From assembly GCA_002245135.1 (NCBI GenBank), contig NGBS01000892.1, positions 1 to 64,000 of the forward strand: DNA of 64,000 bases. The letters run 5' to 3'. Shown here one piece after another: positions 34,301 through 47,186 of the stretch. Source of the stretch: Proteromonas lacertae (Eukaryota). The position numbers were made by a program, and so were the translations under genes. Under the pieces are notes generated by a model. That model saw only the letters and a list, made by a program, of their open reading frames with translations. It was not told where the DNA came from and did no database searches. The number at the start of each line of letters is the position of its first letter. Position 1 is the stretch's first letter.

Positions 34301-35175
34301 GATAGATTTTATCCTTATTTTTCTTATATTTAAAATATGTCAACACATTCTTAGAATTATTAAATTCATACTTTGATATGTAATAATCAACTATTGAAGC
34401 TATTATTTCTATATCATTTTCTATGGCTTTTCTTTCATCTAATACTTTCTTTATTATCTTCTCTAATTTCTTATTAATGTGTTTATTGTTAATGTATTTG
34501 TACTGATGTATTAATTCTATCAAACACAACCTATTTATGACTTTTTTATTTGATGATACACATTTCTCCAATATTGATATTGATTCTTTCCTATTTCCTT
34601 CTTTATATAATACTTTTGACAATTCTACTTTGCAATTGTAATTCTTTTTGTTGTTTAAATAACATGTAGAATTAAGAAAACTAATACATTCTTTATAATT
34701 AACCATATTCAGAACTTTACCATAATTCTTAACTGATTTCAAATCATATGGCGATAACTCGTAAAATAAATATGCTGCTGGGTGTAAAAAAGTAACATCT
34801 CCATGATTTTTATATCTACTGTTTGACAAAATTGTGGAATAACAATTCTTTAGATAATCTACATCTTTGTGAGACAATGTTTTGTTAACATTTTTAGCAT
34901 GAGCTTTAATCTTGGTAAATCTGTCTGAACTCAACTCAATCCTTGGAAATATTGGATTAGTAAAATTACACATAAAATATACGCAAGATATAATGCATTT
35001 ATCTATATGATTTTCACATTCTCTAAATAAATAATACAATTATTCAATACATTTCATTTGTCACTAAATCTTCCTCAACGAATTTTATAAGTTTATTTTC
35101 ATCGTCTTCTGCAAATACCATTCCATTGTAAATCAATATTGCAATAAATATTACATAAAACGTATTGTATTTCAT
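31376..35175 (-). CDS. Secretory-pathway GT41/HMW1C-like glycosyltransferase-related protein (multi-exon)
   Basis: Signal peptide MKYNTFYVIFIAILIYNGMVFA; TPR-like helical region; FDILFY.DI...YLLANLRLSQIQ..YYG...NLPSIDYYLS motif. The 3' part could be a separate gene. Confidence 0.55.
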
Positions 35176-35370
35176 GAAAAGTTCAAAAAATGAAATACTA
35201 AAATTCAAGCCTATGTTTGTTCAATTGTATAATGAAGAAAATCATATTTTGAAGGTATATTGTGTGCTAGAGTAATTATAATAAATATATAGAGACATAA
35301 CTTGATGATGACATAATTAAAACAATTAGTAATTATTTTATGTTGATAGTGTTTCTAAAATATCAAGTAG

Positions 35371-35832
35371 AGAATCTGTTAATTCCTTCAACCCATCATA
35401 ACTTATATAATTATCAGATAAATCAAGCTTTGAATAGTTTATCTGTTTAATTAATGTAATGTAAGAATCATTGATATTCATATCTATTTTACAACAAAAC
35501 AAATATTCTATACTTGAAAAATCGACATTCATATCTTGTTTTCTTTTTAACACAATAATCCAAATAGTATTCCAATTCTTCATTTGTCCATAAAGGATTG
35601 TTTATTTCTATAAATGGATATTCTTCTTTTTCTAATGATTTTGAAAATTATTATTAATCTTTACTATTATATTATTTTTTAATTATTATTCTAATTTATT
35701 GATCTATTTTATCTGCTAATATTACTTTTATCATCTATTGAAATATTACACTTTATCGCCATTCATTATATCAATATCATCAAATATCAAATATTAGTGA
35801 TTTTGATATTTCAATAGATTTAGTCGTTGCAT
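35371..35832 (-). pseudogene. Internally deleted copy of the kinase-LRR gene
   Basis: 35371-35749 closely matches 28251-28648. About 35765-35832 matches the 5' end of that gene (about 31095-31224). Confidence 0.85.
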
Positions 35833-36015
35833 TTTATAATTTTAGTTATACTCTCTATACACTTTCGTTTCAGTTTAAATCATCCACAAACAAATAAAAA
35901 CAAATAAATATTATTCATGAAAGAAAGTGAGATAAATATTTATATATACATATATTTTCATTATCCTATACATATACATGTAAATGTAATTTTACAGAAT
36001 TGAATAAAGTATCAA

Positions 36016-37883
36016 TCAACTATTTTGAAGTGATATTTTATTCTTTTCTAATACACCAACATTACCATTATTATTGTTATAATTCTCTTCAGTTGTTGAA
36101 GAGGTAGTGGCAATAATCGTTGTAGTTGTTGGAGTAGTAATATTTACTGGATTTGGATTGATATTTCGATTTAATTTATTATTTACATGAGGAGGAGATA
36201 AAGAATAATCACATCGACTAGTTGATTCACTATATTGTCGATTTGTATAACTTCTTTTCGCCGTTTGATAATTCACTCCTAATTGTTCTGATTGATGCAT
36301 ATTATTTACGACTGAATTATTCATATCTTTTAATAATAATCCATTCATTTCTGAATGCAAAGAAGTCTTCTTTCCAGTAGTACATGGAGACATTATAGGA
36401 CTGGTTATTATTATATTATTATTATTATTATTATTTAAAAATGTATCATAATTAAATGTAATTGTGTTTAAAGTATTAGAATAAGGTCGACCAGATTGAA
36501 CTTTGTTTTCTGAACAAATTATGCCATTCAATCCAACCATAGTATTATTATTACTATTCTCTACTCGACTTGGAGTATCATACAACGCTCTACCAGAGAA
36601 TATATGTTGTTGTTGCTGCTGTTGTTGTTGATGTTGATATTGTTGTCTATCTAATAATATTCCTGAATCAGATAAGAATGAAGTTCCTGAAACATGTGAT
36701 GGATGTCGTGGATATTTTTCTACACTATAACTTTCACCAACCATTTTACATCTACTAACCATCTTATTGCAGAATGTATTGTTATTAATCAATCTTCGAC
36801 TTGGGAATATTACATATAAAAACTTTTCAATTACATTAATAAATGTGATTTTGTTCTTTGAATCATTGAACATATGATCATCTGAGGAACTTCTACATCT
36901 TGAATGTTTAAAAGCAGAATCACTTTCGTCATCTGTGTAACTGTTTGCATTCTTTTCTTTGTTTCTATATTCATATACTTCTTCTTCATCATCTTCATCT
37001 TCCATCTATATCATCATCATCATCAACATAATAATCAAATTGATAAGGATTAGGAAATGTTAAACAATAAATTCTTTAAATAATCATAACATGTTGGAAA
37101 TGGGAATTTATTGTTATTTTTATATTTGCCTTTTATTCTATCGATATTATTTAATCGATTGATTATTCTATTACAGATCTTCTTGTTGAAGAAATGTTTT
37201 TGAAATTCTTCTTGAATTTCATATAAAAACTTGAATATATCTGGACAAAGAACTAACAATAATTGGATCTTATTACCTACTATATAATGACCTTTTGATA
37301 AAGGATTAATTTGTGCAAATATTCTACTCAGTCTCGAAGCATCAAATAAAGTATCTAATCCTAATTGATGAAATAATATTCTAAATTCATCAAGTGTAGT
37401 TGATCTATACGGTATTGAATATATTCCTAATAATAAAATTAACAGGTATTGAGCTGGAGAGAATGAGATTATTGTCGAGTATTTGGAAAAAAGTATTCCA
37501 ATTTAAATTTTGTAAAACTATTAATATGTATAAAACTCAAGTAATTATATACTTTTAGTCTTTTCTAAAAACAGACGTAATTTATTACATACAGGTCCTA
37601 AAAACTTTATATGATAGAATAAATTAACTAAATGAAGGTCAGAACTAGAGAAAAATTAAATAAATTTGATACTCTGATAACAGCTTAAATTGTTTGTATA
37701 TTTTCTGTACATCATAATCCGCGACTAAAATAGAATACCTAGAGTATACGGTAAAGTATCTGAGCGATATTAACTGATAAACGATTTAAGCTAGGCTTAT
37801 CAGGAGAATAATTGACGTATGAGTACTTTCTACTTCTTTTACTCTATAGACATAATACTTTTAAACAATACATTTTTTGACAT
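36016..37883 (-). CDS. Diverged member of the EF-hand-like family found at 47-54 kb
   Basis: SVNIAQILY|L.DYDV...F with an intron at the same position, and YEIQEEF...IINR..NI...K.NNKFP..TC...PYQFDY. Long disordered N/S/Q tail. Confidence 0.6.
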
Positions 37884-38285
37884 AGTTTTTATAAGAGTAT
37901 AAGGAGTGTATAACACGAACGATCTAACATAGATAAAAACAGTCAAAAGTTTGATAATGGTTTGATAAGTATTTTTGGTTTGAGTAAACTTTCGGGACAC
38001 CTAAAAATTAAATATGATATTTAAATTGATAAATTATGCTACCAAGATCATATATCATCATTTCTTTACTTTAAGTTTTATATTTAATGATTATTAGCTG
38101 ATATTTTATAAAAATTCAAAAAAAGCTTGAAAGAGAATCAAACACTATACTTAATTTTGTATATTTCTCATCTAATAAAGCTATTTTAAGAGTTTTAATA
38201 CATTAATTTTATTGTTACATATACTCATTACAATATTTATCTAGTTTTAGATTGTTTATTTTAAGTATTAGATCATATTGATAAT

Positions 38286-38921
38286 ATGGATGTGAATGGA
38301 GAAAATAATAGATCTAATCACCAGATGTATGATTATTATGATGAATTTAATGATTGCAATGGTAAAAAATATGTCAATGGAGAAGATATCTCTACTGTTG
38401 CAGATAAAATAAAATATAATACTAAATTACAAGATTCTCAGAATGAAATTGAAAGAAAACAAAAAATGATAGAAGAAGATAGAAATTATGAAAAGCATAA
38501 ATCAAAATTAGAGCATTTTCACATCGTATTTATTAACATGTTTATATAAACCCTAATAGAAAAACGAAGATCCAATGTACAATTTGCTAAAAGATAAGAG
38601 AATGAAATTTGAAGAATCAAAAGAATTGGTGAAGATGTATTTACAATCACTACTAGATGAATATCATTATAAACAAGTATTGCTAGTAATTATAATGTCT
38701 AGTATAAACATAAAGCGAAAGAATTACAGTTCAAAATCGAAAAGTATATTTTATTGGTTATTCGAATGTATATAGAAGTAAAACGTAATAAAAAGGTAAA
38801 AACAGAAAGGTTTCCAAAATCTAAATATGAATCAAGTAAATATGAGTATAATATATTTTTAATAGGTAGTAGTGATAGTGATAGTGACACGAATTCAAGT
38901 AGCTCTTCATCTAGTGGTTAG
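38286..38921 (+). CDS. Small multi-exon coiled-coil protein
   Basis: Short ORFs separated by ~30 nt GT-AG introns; Ser-rich end. Confidence 0.55.
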
Positions 38922-39263
38922 TGTATAGATTTTGATTTACAAACTTAAGTAGATTAAATGTTAATTTTTCGTTAATATTGTAAATTTATATTTATAAGTA
39001 ATATTTCTTTGTTATGTCAAAAAGGTTGTACATCAAATTCTAAAAAAAGTGAATAACATTTTATCTACTAATAGATTGAATCTGTTTCCTACCTACCAAT
39101 ACAACGTTTTTTATGGATGTATTTGTATGTTTTCAACCAAAAATTGAATGATTTAAATAGAGTCGTTTCAAATGCTCGGCATGCTTGAATTGATTCTAAA
39201 ATCTTATTGGTTGAATTAATAACTGTCATTTGCTTTTAAAATCCAGTTATAAAGCAAAATCAG

Positions 39264-42200
39264 ATGGCTGATCCTAGTTGGACTGAAGTACCAAATGTTA
39301 TTAGCTCTGTCTTCTTCATTCTAGCTATCCTTTTGTTCAGTAAACAAACTAGTGCAAAGAAGGGTAACTTGTATAGCTTATTTTTTTAATTGTATGTAGT
39401 TATGGATGTTTAGGTATGTTGATATGTGTGATAGTAACGTGGGTTAGTGTACTGACTTCGGATATGCATGAATTACTAGGATATGATTATGGTTGGTATT
39501 GTGTTCCAATATTTGTTGTTGTTGGACTAGTAATCGGTGTGGTATATCCTAATAGCTTTATTCTTCAATAGGTTTTAGCTGTTATTGTAAAGATGGAAGG
39601 TATGCCACAAATGGTAGGTCTATTAAATGCCTTTGGTGGTCTTGCTGCTGGTATTGAAGGTGTAGCTGTCTTCTGTTCCGAAAATGCTGAATTTGCTTTA
39701 CTACCTATAGCTAAAGAAGGAGTAGCACCAGTCAGTAGAATACAATTCTGGTTCTTGATGGTATCAATCATCGTAGGTGTTGTAACATTCGTTGGATCTT
39801 TAATCGCCTGTGCTAAACTCAGTGGTTACTTCAAAAAGTCTATATTTGATAATCTTAGCAATGTAGTAAAAGCATCCATCACTGTATTATGTTTCATCAT
39901 CTTCATTGTGTTAATGATTTTAGCATACATCAGTGGTTATCACTTTGAAACAATGGCCAATGGTTTGCCAGCAGTAGTAAGAGGATATGCACACGGAATG
40001 AGAAACATTGGATGGGTATTTATCTTATTGTTAGTCATATTCTCAATATGTTATGGTTTTATCTTCGTTGTTCCAATTGGTGGAGCTGATATGCCTGTTG
40101 TTATCTCCGTATTGAACTCATTCAGTGGTTTATCAGGTTGTTGTGCTGGTTTTATGTGTAATAATGATTTATTAATTACTACAGGTGCATTAGTAGCAAG
40201 TAGTGGCATGATCTTATCCTATGTTATGTGTGTTGGTATGAATAGATCCTTAGTGAATGTATTAGCTGGTGGATTTGGTAGTTCATCTAAACCAGCTGCT
40301 AGTAGTAACAATGCTGATAATCAAGTAGAAGAAATCAATAAGAAAGAACCAGTAGAAACTAATGAAGATGAAATCTGCGAATTATTAAAGAATTCTAAAG
40401 AAGTAATGATTGTTCCAGGTTATGGTATGGCTCAAGCTCAAGCCCAAAGACCAGTTGCTGACTTAACTAAAGCTATGCAAGACTTAGGCATTAATGTGAG
40501 ATTTGGTATTCATCCAGTAGCAGGTAGATTACCAGGACATATGAATGTATTATTAGCTGAAGCCAATGTACCTTATGATATAGTCTTTGAAATGGAAGAG
40601 ATTAATAATGAGATGGATGAAGTAGATGTATGTTTTATCATTGGTGCAAATGATACAGTCAATCCACAAGCTGAAGAGAATCCAAACTGTTCTATTGCTG
40701 GTATGCCAATTATTAAAGCTTACAATTCAAAACATGTTGTTGTATTAAAGAGAGGTAAAGGACAAGGATATGCTGCTTTAGATAATACATTATTCACTAG
40801 AGACAATGCTAGAATGTTATATGGAAGTGCTGATAAAACAGTAGCATCATTAGCTGATAAAGTTAAAGCATTAGCTAGTAAAAATGGTAATGCATTTGGT
40901 GGAGCTGATGGTGAAAATCCATTAAGTCCAACAACTGCTGAAAAAGAAGAAAATATGAAGAAGAAGAAAGAATTCAAAATGCCTGATAAATTCTTCAAAA
41001 CCATTGGTATTCCAAGAGAACAAGGATTTAATAATGAGAATCGTGTAGCAATGACACCTGATGTTACTTTGAAGATGTTAACTATGGGATTTAGAGTAAT
41101 AGTTGAATCTGATGCTGGTGTTGGTTGCCATTTTAGCAATCAAGAATATATCGATAATCATGCTGAAATCATGGATAAACAAGCTTTATTTGAGAATGCT
41201 GATATCATTATTAAACATAATGAACCATCTACTGATGAAATAGCATTATTACAACCAAAACATGTATTGATCAGTTATGCTAGTCCTGATTCAAGAAAAG
41301 ACTTATTAGAAGCTGTTAAAAACACAGGTGCTAGTTGGATTGCTATGGATAAAGTCCCAAGAACAAGTGCTGCTCAAAAATTAGATTCATTAAGTTCCGC
41401 TGGTAAGATTGCAGGTTATAGATGTGTAGTTGAAGCATTATCTCATTATCAAGGATTCTTTAGTGCACAAATCACTGCTGCTGGTAAATATCCACCTGCT
41501 CAAGTATTGATTATTGGTGCTGGTGTTGCTGGATTAGAAGCAATTGGCGCTGCTAAAGCTTTAGGTGCTAAAGTATACTGTTTTGATAGTAGAGCTGAAT
41601 GTAAAGAACAAGTTGAATCAATGGGTGGTAATTTCTTAACAATTAATATTCAAGAATCTGGTGCTGGTGCTGGTGGCTATGCTAAAGTCATGTCTAAAGA
41701 ATATGTTGATGCTGAAATTGCTTTATTCAAAGAGAAAGCTAGAGTATGTGGTGTTGTAATATCAACAGCTGCTATTCCAGGAAGAAGAGCTCCAGTATTA
41801 ATACCAAAAGATACAGTTGATGTAATGCAAAGTGGTTCAGTTATTGTCGATTTAAGTGCAAGATCAGGAGGTACTTGTGAATTAACAAGAGCTGATGAAG
41901 TATATGTGACTGATAATGGTGTTACTATAATTGGTTATGTTAACTTCTCAGCAAGAATGAGTAGAATCTCCAGTGAGATGTATGCTAATAATATCTTCAG
42001 ATTATTAGAAGAAATGAGTTTGAAAGAAAAGAATGCAAGTGCTGAAACATTCAGAATTGATACTGAGAATAAGATTGTTAGAACTATGTTGGTTACTCAC
42101 AATAATGAAATAACTTATCCACCACCAAAGGAACTAACAGCTGCTCCACCTCCAGCTGCAGCAAAGAAAGACGATACAAGAGCAGCAACAGGTACTAAAG

Positions 42201-42592
42201 ATAATGATGCTAAGAAAGATGAAGGATTAAACCCAACTCAACAATTGATCTTTGAATTAGTGTTATTCATCATTGCAGCTGTATTATGTGTTGTTTTCTG
42301 CATTTGGTTCCCTAATGTTTTCAACAGACATTTATTAATCTTGGCATTATCCTGTATTGTAGGTTATAACAGTGTCTGGAGTGTTGCTCCATGCTTATAT
42401 ACTCCTTTGATGTCTTTAACTAATGCTATATCAGGTGTTGTTATTTTAGGAGGAATTACACTTATTTTAGATAGAACTAAGTTATTATCAGCATGGTTAG
42501 GATTGATTGCTGTATTTGTTGCTTCTATTAATATTGGTGGAGGTTTCTGTGTTACTCAAAGAATGTTGAATATGTTCCAATCAAAGAAATAA
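39264..42592 (+). CDS. NNT: Proton-translocating NAD(P) transhydrogenase, single-chain beta-alpha order
   Basis: MPQMVGLLN, IGGADMPVVIS, HPVAGRLPGHMN (beta), then ENRVA, GAGVAGL, TPLMSLTNAISG (alpha). Introns 39371-39399 and 39542-39571 extend the frame to ATG 39264. Confidence 0.96.
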
Positions 42593-42752
42593 ATTTAAAA
42601 TTTTATCCAATAATTTATTATATAGCTTAAATGTGTTTCATTTTATGAAAAATAAAATGCTGATTCAAATTTATTATTATTATTATTTCATTATTGTTAT
42701 AAAAATTATATTATGTGTTGTGTGTTATTTTTGGTTTTAAATAACAATAAAA

Positions 42753-44100
42753 TTACATACAATTCTTATTTATCCACTTATCTAAAACACTAAATCCATT
42801 ATTCTTCAAATCGAATTTCATATTCAATTCACTTAAACATGAAATTATTCTATTATATAGAAGAGAAATATCTGATTGAATGATTTTCTGTTTATTAGAA
42901 TTACACCATTTGAGAAATTTCAATAAAAACAACAGAAATATATGTGATTCTTCACTGTTTATTATCTGAAATATATCATCTACTTCATAGTCAAATATAG
43001 CTAAATACAGATTAAACATAATTATTGGATTAAAATTATTCATTATTTCTTCATTATATGTCTCATTAACTATAAATACAACAAATATAATCATTTATAT
43101 ACATTTTATATAAAATATCAAATCAATATATAAAACATCATACATTAGCTGATCATTATTAATATATTCGTAAAGAACTAGTTGTAAAAAAGACGTTTCA
43201 TCATCCAATGGAAATAAATTTACTACTTTTGCAAATAAACTATCACTAGAATCATTATTATCATCATTAACTGATGTAATTATTAGTAAAGTATAATAAT
43301 AAACAATATAATAATACAATTGCGATGATTTATCCACAAATAATGATAATTTCATTGTATTTATAATATCATTGACTGGTATATTTATTATATTACTATT
43401 TGTATTTGAATAATAATCAATTATTATTCTGTAATAACATTTTATTATTTTTGTTGAAATGTATTTGTAATTAGTATTACATATCTGCAAATTGTTTAAC
43501 ATTATACTCAATATTTCGGTGTATGTATTTGTATATTCAACATTCACTATGTATTCATCAGTTTTTATTAAATTATAAAAGACTCTTAATGAATTTAATG
43601 TGAATAATTGACTGATAGAAGTGTGTAAAAGTTTTATAAACAATTCATTCAGCTTGAATAGATAATATGAAAATATTTCATCAGATGGATTGTAATTAAT
43701 ACCTAATATAGGATGTTTACCTTCAAATCTACGTTCTTGACGAAGTTTCAGAAAGTAATAAGATGGTAAAAATGTGTAATTCTCTACATTAAACAGTAAA
43801 TCAATAAATGTTTTGAATTCATTCTCATTATCTTTTAATGTCAATAATATTACCAATATACACCATGTAGTCGATAATTGAATTACTTTAGAGGAATTAT
43901 ACAATTTCTTTATCTATATGAATTAAATTTATCATTATACTATTTCATCATAGCAATTTTTATTGTATGAAACAATATAGTGAATTGAATCTTTCTCAAA
44001 AGTTTTACTTGTGTAAGATTGGCACATATCATTACAAAAATACAAATAATCATTATCTGATAGTTCATTAAGAATTTTTAAAGTATTTTTATCATCCATA
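42753..44100 (-). CDS. Hypothetical helical protein (multi-exon, start uncertain)
   Basis: ORFs 43095..43904 and 42753..43094 separated by an intron-like segment. Confidence 0.5.
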
Positions 44101-44197
44101 ATGCTTTATAACAGAATATATTGAATATCAAACATGTTTGATTCTTTTTTCTTGAATTTTGAATTTCTCATCATTTAATGCAAATTTTTCTATAAAA

Positions 44198-47093
44198 ATG
44201 TTAAAATCAATAATTTCATGTCTTAATCCATTGTTATATACATGGCCAGGTAATACTCTAATGTATAATTATATCTCTCTTCTTATTTAGTATTGTTTCA
44301 TTGATTTTACTTGTCAATTATTATGGTACAATAAGAATTAATAATCATTCTTTCTTTAGAGGATGTGCTGATAGTTTTTGTGATAATATAGCTGATAAGT
44401 CATTTTCTCACATATTATGTAATGATAAAATTGATGTTGTATATACATGGGTAAATGGTTCAGATCCAATTTGGCTAAAATCAATGTTGCATTACAAACA
44501 CATCTATGAAAAAAGAAAACTAGAAGAAACAATGAATGATACAAACCAAATCAACTTATTCATGGCAAATATATCAGAAAAAGATCACAATATTGATAAT
44601 AGATTTAGAGATATGGAAGAACTAAAATATTCAATCAGATCTTTGTTCAAATATGCACCATGGGTTCATCATATATATTTAGTCACAGATAATCAAATTC
44701 CAAACTGGTTAGACTTATCAAAATCATCTAAAATTACTGTAATTACACACGATCAAATATTTCCAAATAAAAGTCATCTACCAACTTTCTCATCACCAGC
44801 AATAGAAAGTCATTTACATTTAATCCCAAACTTATCAGAATACTTCATATATTTTAATGATGATGTATTTTTAGGTAATTATATATATCCTGATGATTTC
44901 TATACTAAGAGTAGAGGTTATAAAATCTATCAAAGTTGGGATCTACCAAAGTGTCATGAAGGTTGTTTATATAGTTGGTTAGGAGATGGCTTTTGCGATA
45001 AATTATGTAATACAGCTGATTGTAATTATGATGGTGGAGATTGTGAGAATAGTGTAAAAACAGATACTCCAATTAATTTAAATCCAATACCAAATATTAT
45101 ATCACCTCATTCTGGTTATAATAATATTAATTATACTCCTCAACCAACAATGAAACAAAAATTACAATGCAGTACAGGATGTATTCCAACTTGGATTGGT
45201 GATAAAGTATGTGATAATAATTGTAATAATTTACAATGTGGTTATGATGGTCCTGATTGTGGTATTGAACCGATAATCAATGATTTACCATTTATTAAGT
45301 TTGAGGATGATATTTATAATTATACTTTGGAATATGAAAATGAGATTTTTAGTTTTTATATTCCATTAGAAGAGTATTTAAATGAGAGTAGTAATGTTAT
45401 TAATGGTTATTATTATAATGAAGAATGTTTATATCATGTAAGTTATTCTGAAGGTTATAAGACATTGATATTTGTTATTGATCCATCGTATAGAGTTGAA
45501 TCATTTTCATTTATTGTTGAATTGGAATTTGATACAAGAATATCATTTTTATTTTATTTTTATTCATATATTAATTTCTTTAATATTAAATTATTTACGA
45601 TATTTATAATTATACAATATATTTAGAAAATGTGAAACCAAAGAAAGATATTCATTTGAAAAGTAATAATTCAATAATGATTGTTAATATAAACACAACT
45701 TTAAATGCTCTTAGTTCAAGATTATTAGATGATAGTGATGATTATACAATGGTAGATCCAAAGACAAAAAAGAAAATCATATTTACAGATGATCAGATAA
45801 TGATGAAAGTAGCTGAATGGGGAATGAAAAAACTAAAGACAGCAGAGAATAAAGCAGATAAAGTATATTTCAATATAGTATATTTTAATTAGTTTCATCC
45901 AACTGGTTTAAGAATGCATACAGTTTATACAAATAGAGAAAATGAGAAGAAGAAGAAGAAGAAAAGTGAAACTGAGTTAAGAGTAAGAAGATTAGATGAA
46001 TCGACATACACGAAATCATTAGTTTACACCAACAAATTAATAATGAAAGAATTTGGAGCAAAGAATAATAGAAAAGTCCCTCCGCATATGCCTCACATGA
46101 TTAATAAAGAAGTAATGAAAGACTTAGAAGTATAATAATAATAATAATAATAATATATGTTATTTATATTATAATTTATATTAGAAACATTGGGAAGAAG
46201 CATTTAACATTACTTCAAGTCACAAATTTCGTTCTAATAATGATATACAATACAGTTATGGGTATTATACATATCTGATGGAAAAAGTGAATGATAATTC
46301 AAAGATGAATTTGTATCAAGTATTTAAAACCTTTTGGGATACTAATAACGATGGTTATATTGATGATAATGAACTTTTGACTGTTTTTAATATGATAAGT
46401 GAAGGAGATTTTACCAATAAAGCAGTGAAAGAGAAAATGAGTGATTTGTTCAGTTGTTTGAATTATGTTAATTCTACTGTAGATGAAATGAATGAGTATT
46501 TTGATAATCCAAATGTTAAATTAACGTATATATATCTTTTAATATATATTTTTCATTTAGATATGAAAATTTGAGAAGTTGTAATGATGTAATTGAAGGA
46601 TTAAAGAAGAACTATAAAGATCCAATAAATCAGTATAAACAAATAATAATATAGTTTTAATAGATATGAAATCTTAAATGATAATGATGTTGGATTTGAA
46701 ATGATAACAGATAACATAAATGACACAATCAAACAATTAAATTCACTCAGAAAAAGACAATCCAAATTCATCTGTATAAATGATGATATATCTAATTATA
46801 CTGAAATTATAAGGAAATTGATATATAGTTTTTATAATTCTTTCCATCCAATATGTAGTCCATTAGAATTATGTGGAAGAAGTGTGAATGAATACTTGAG
46901 AATAGATGAATATAGACATCATATGAAGATAGTGAGAAATATAAATATAATCATTTGTATTGTGATATTGACGATAATCATAACAATAATGATCATTTAT
47001 AGAAAGCCTTTTAGGAGATTATATGAGAAATGTTTGATTAACAGAAATAAAGAGAGGTTGAAACTGGAAAAAGAAAAAGATCACAAAAACTAG
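44198..47093 (+). CDS. GNPTAB: GNPTAB-like N-acetylglucosamine-1-phosphotransferase (Stealth family)
   Basis: CR1 IDVVYTWVNGSDP, CR2 ELKYSIRS...FIYFNDD, two LNR repeats, CR3 KVPPHMPH, EF-hand DTNNDGYID, CR4 KFICIND, N- and C-terminal TM segments. Confidence 0.9.
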
Positions 47094-47186
47094 TTTATAA
47101 TTATTGTAATTATGATATTTACTTTTTTTCTTATTTTTTGAGTTTGAAAGTTTGAAAATGTCAAACCTTTTCGTTTCAAAAAACAA

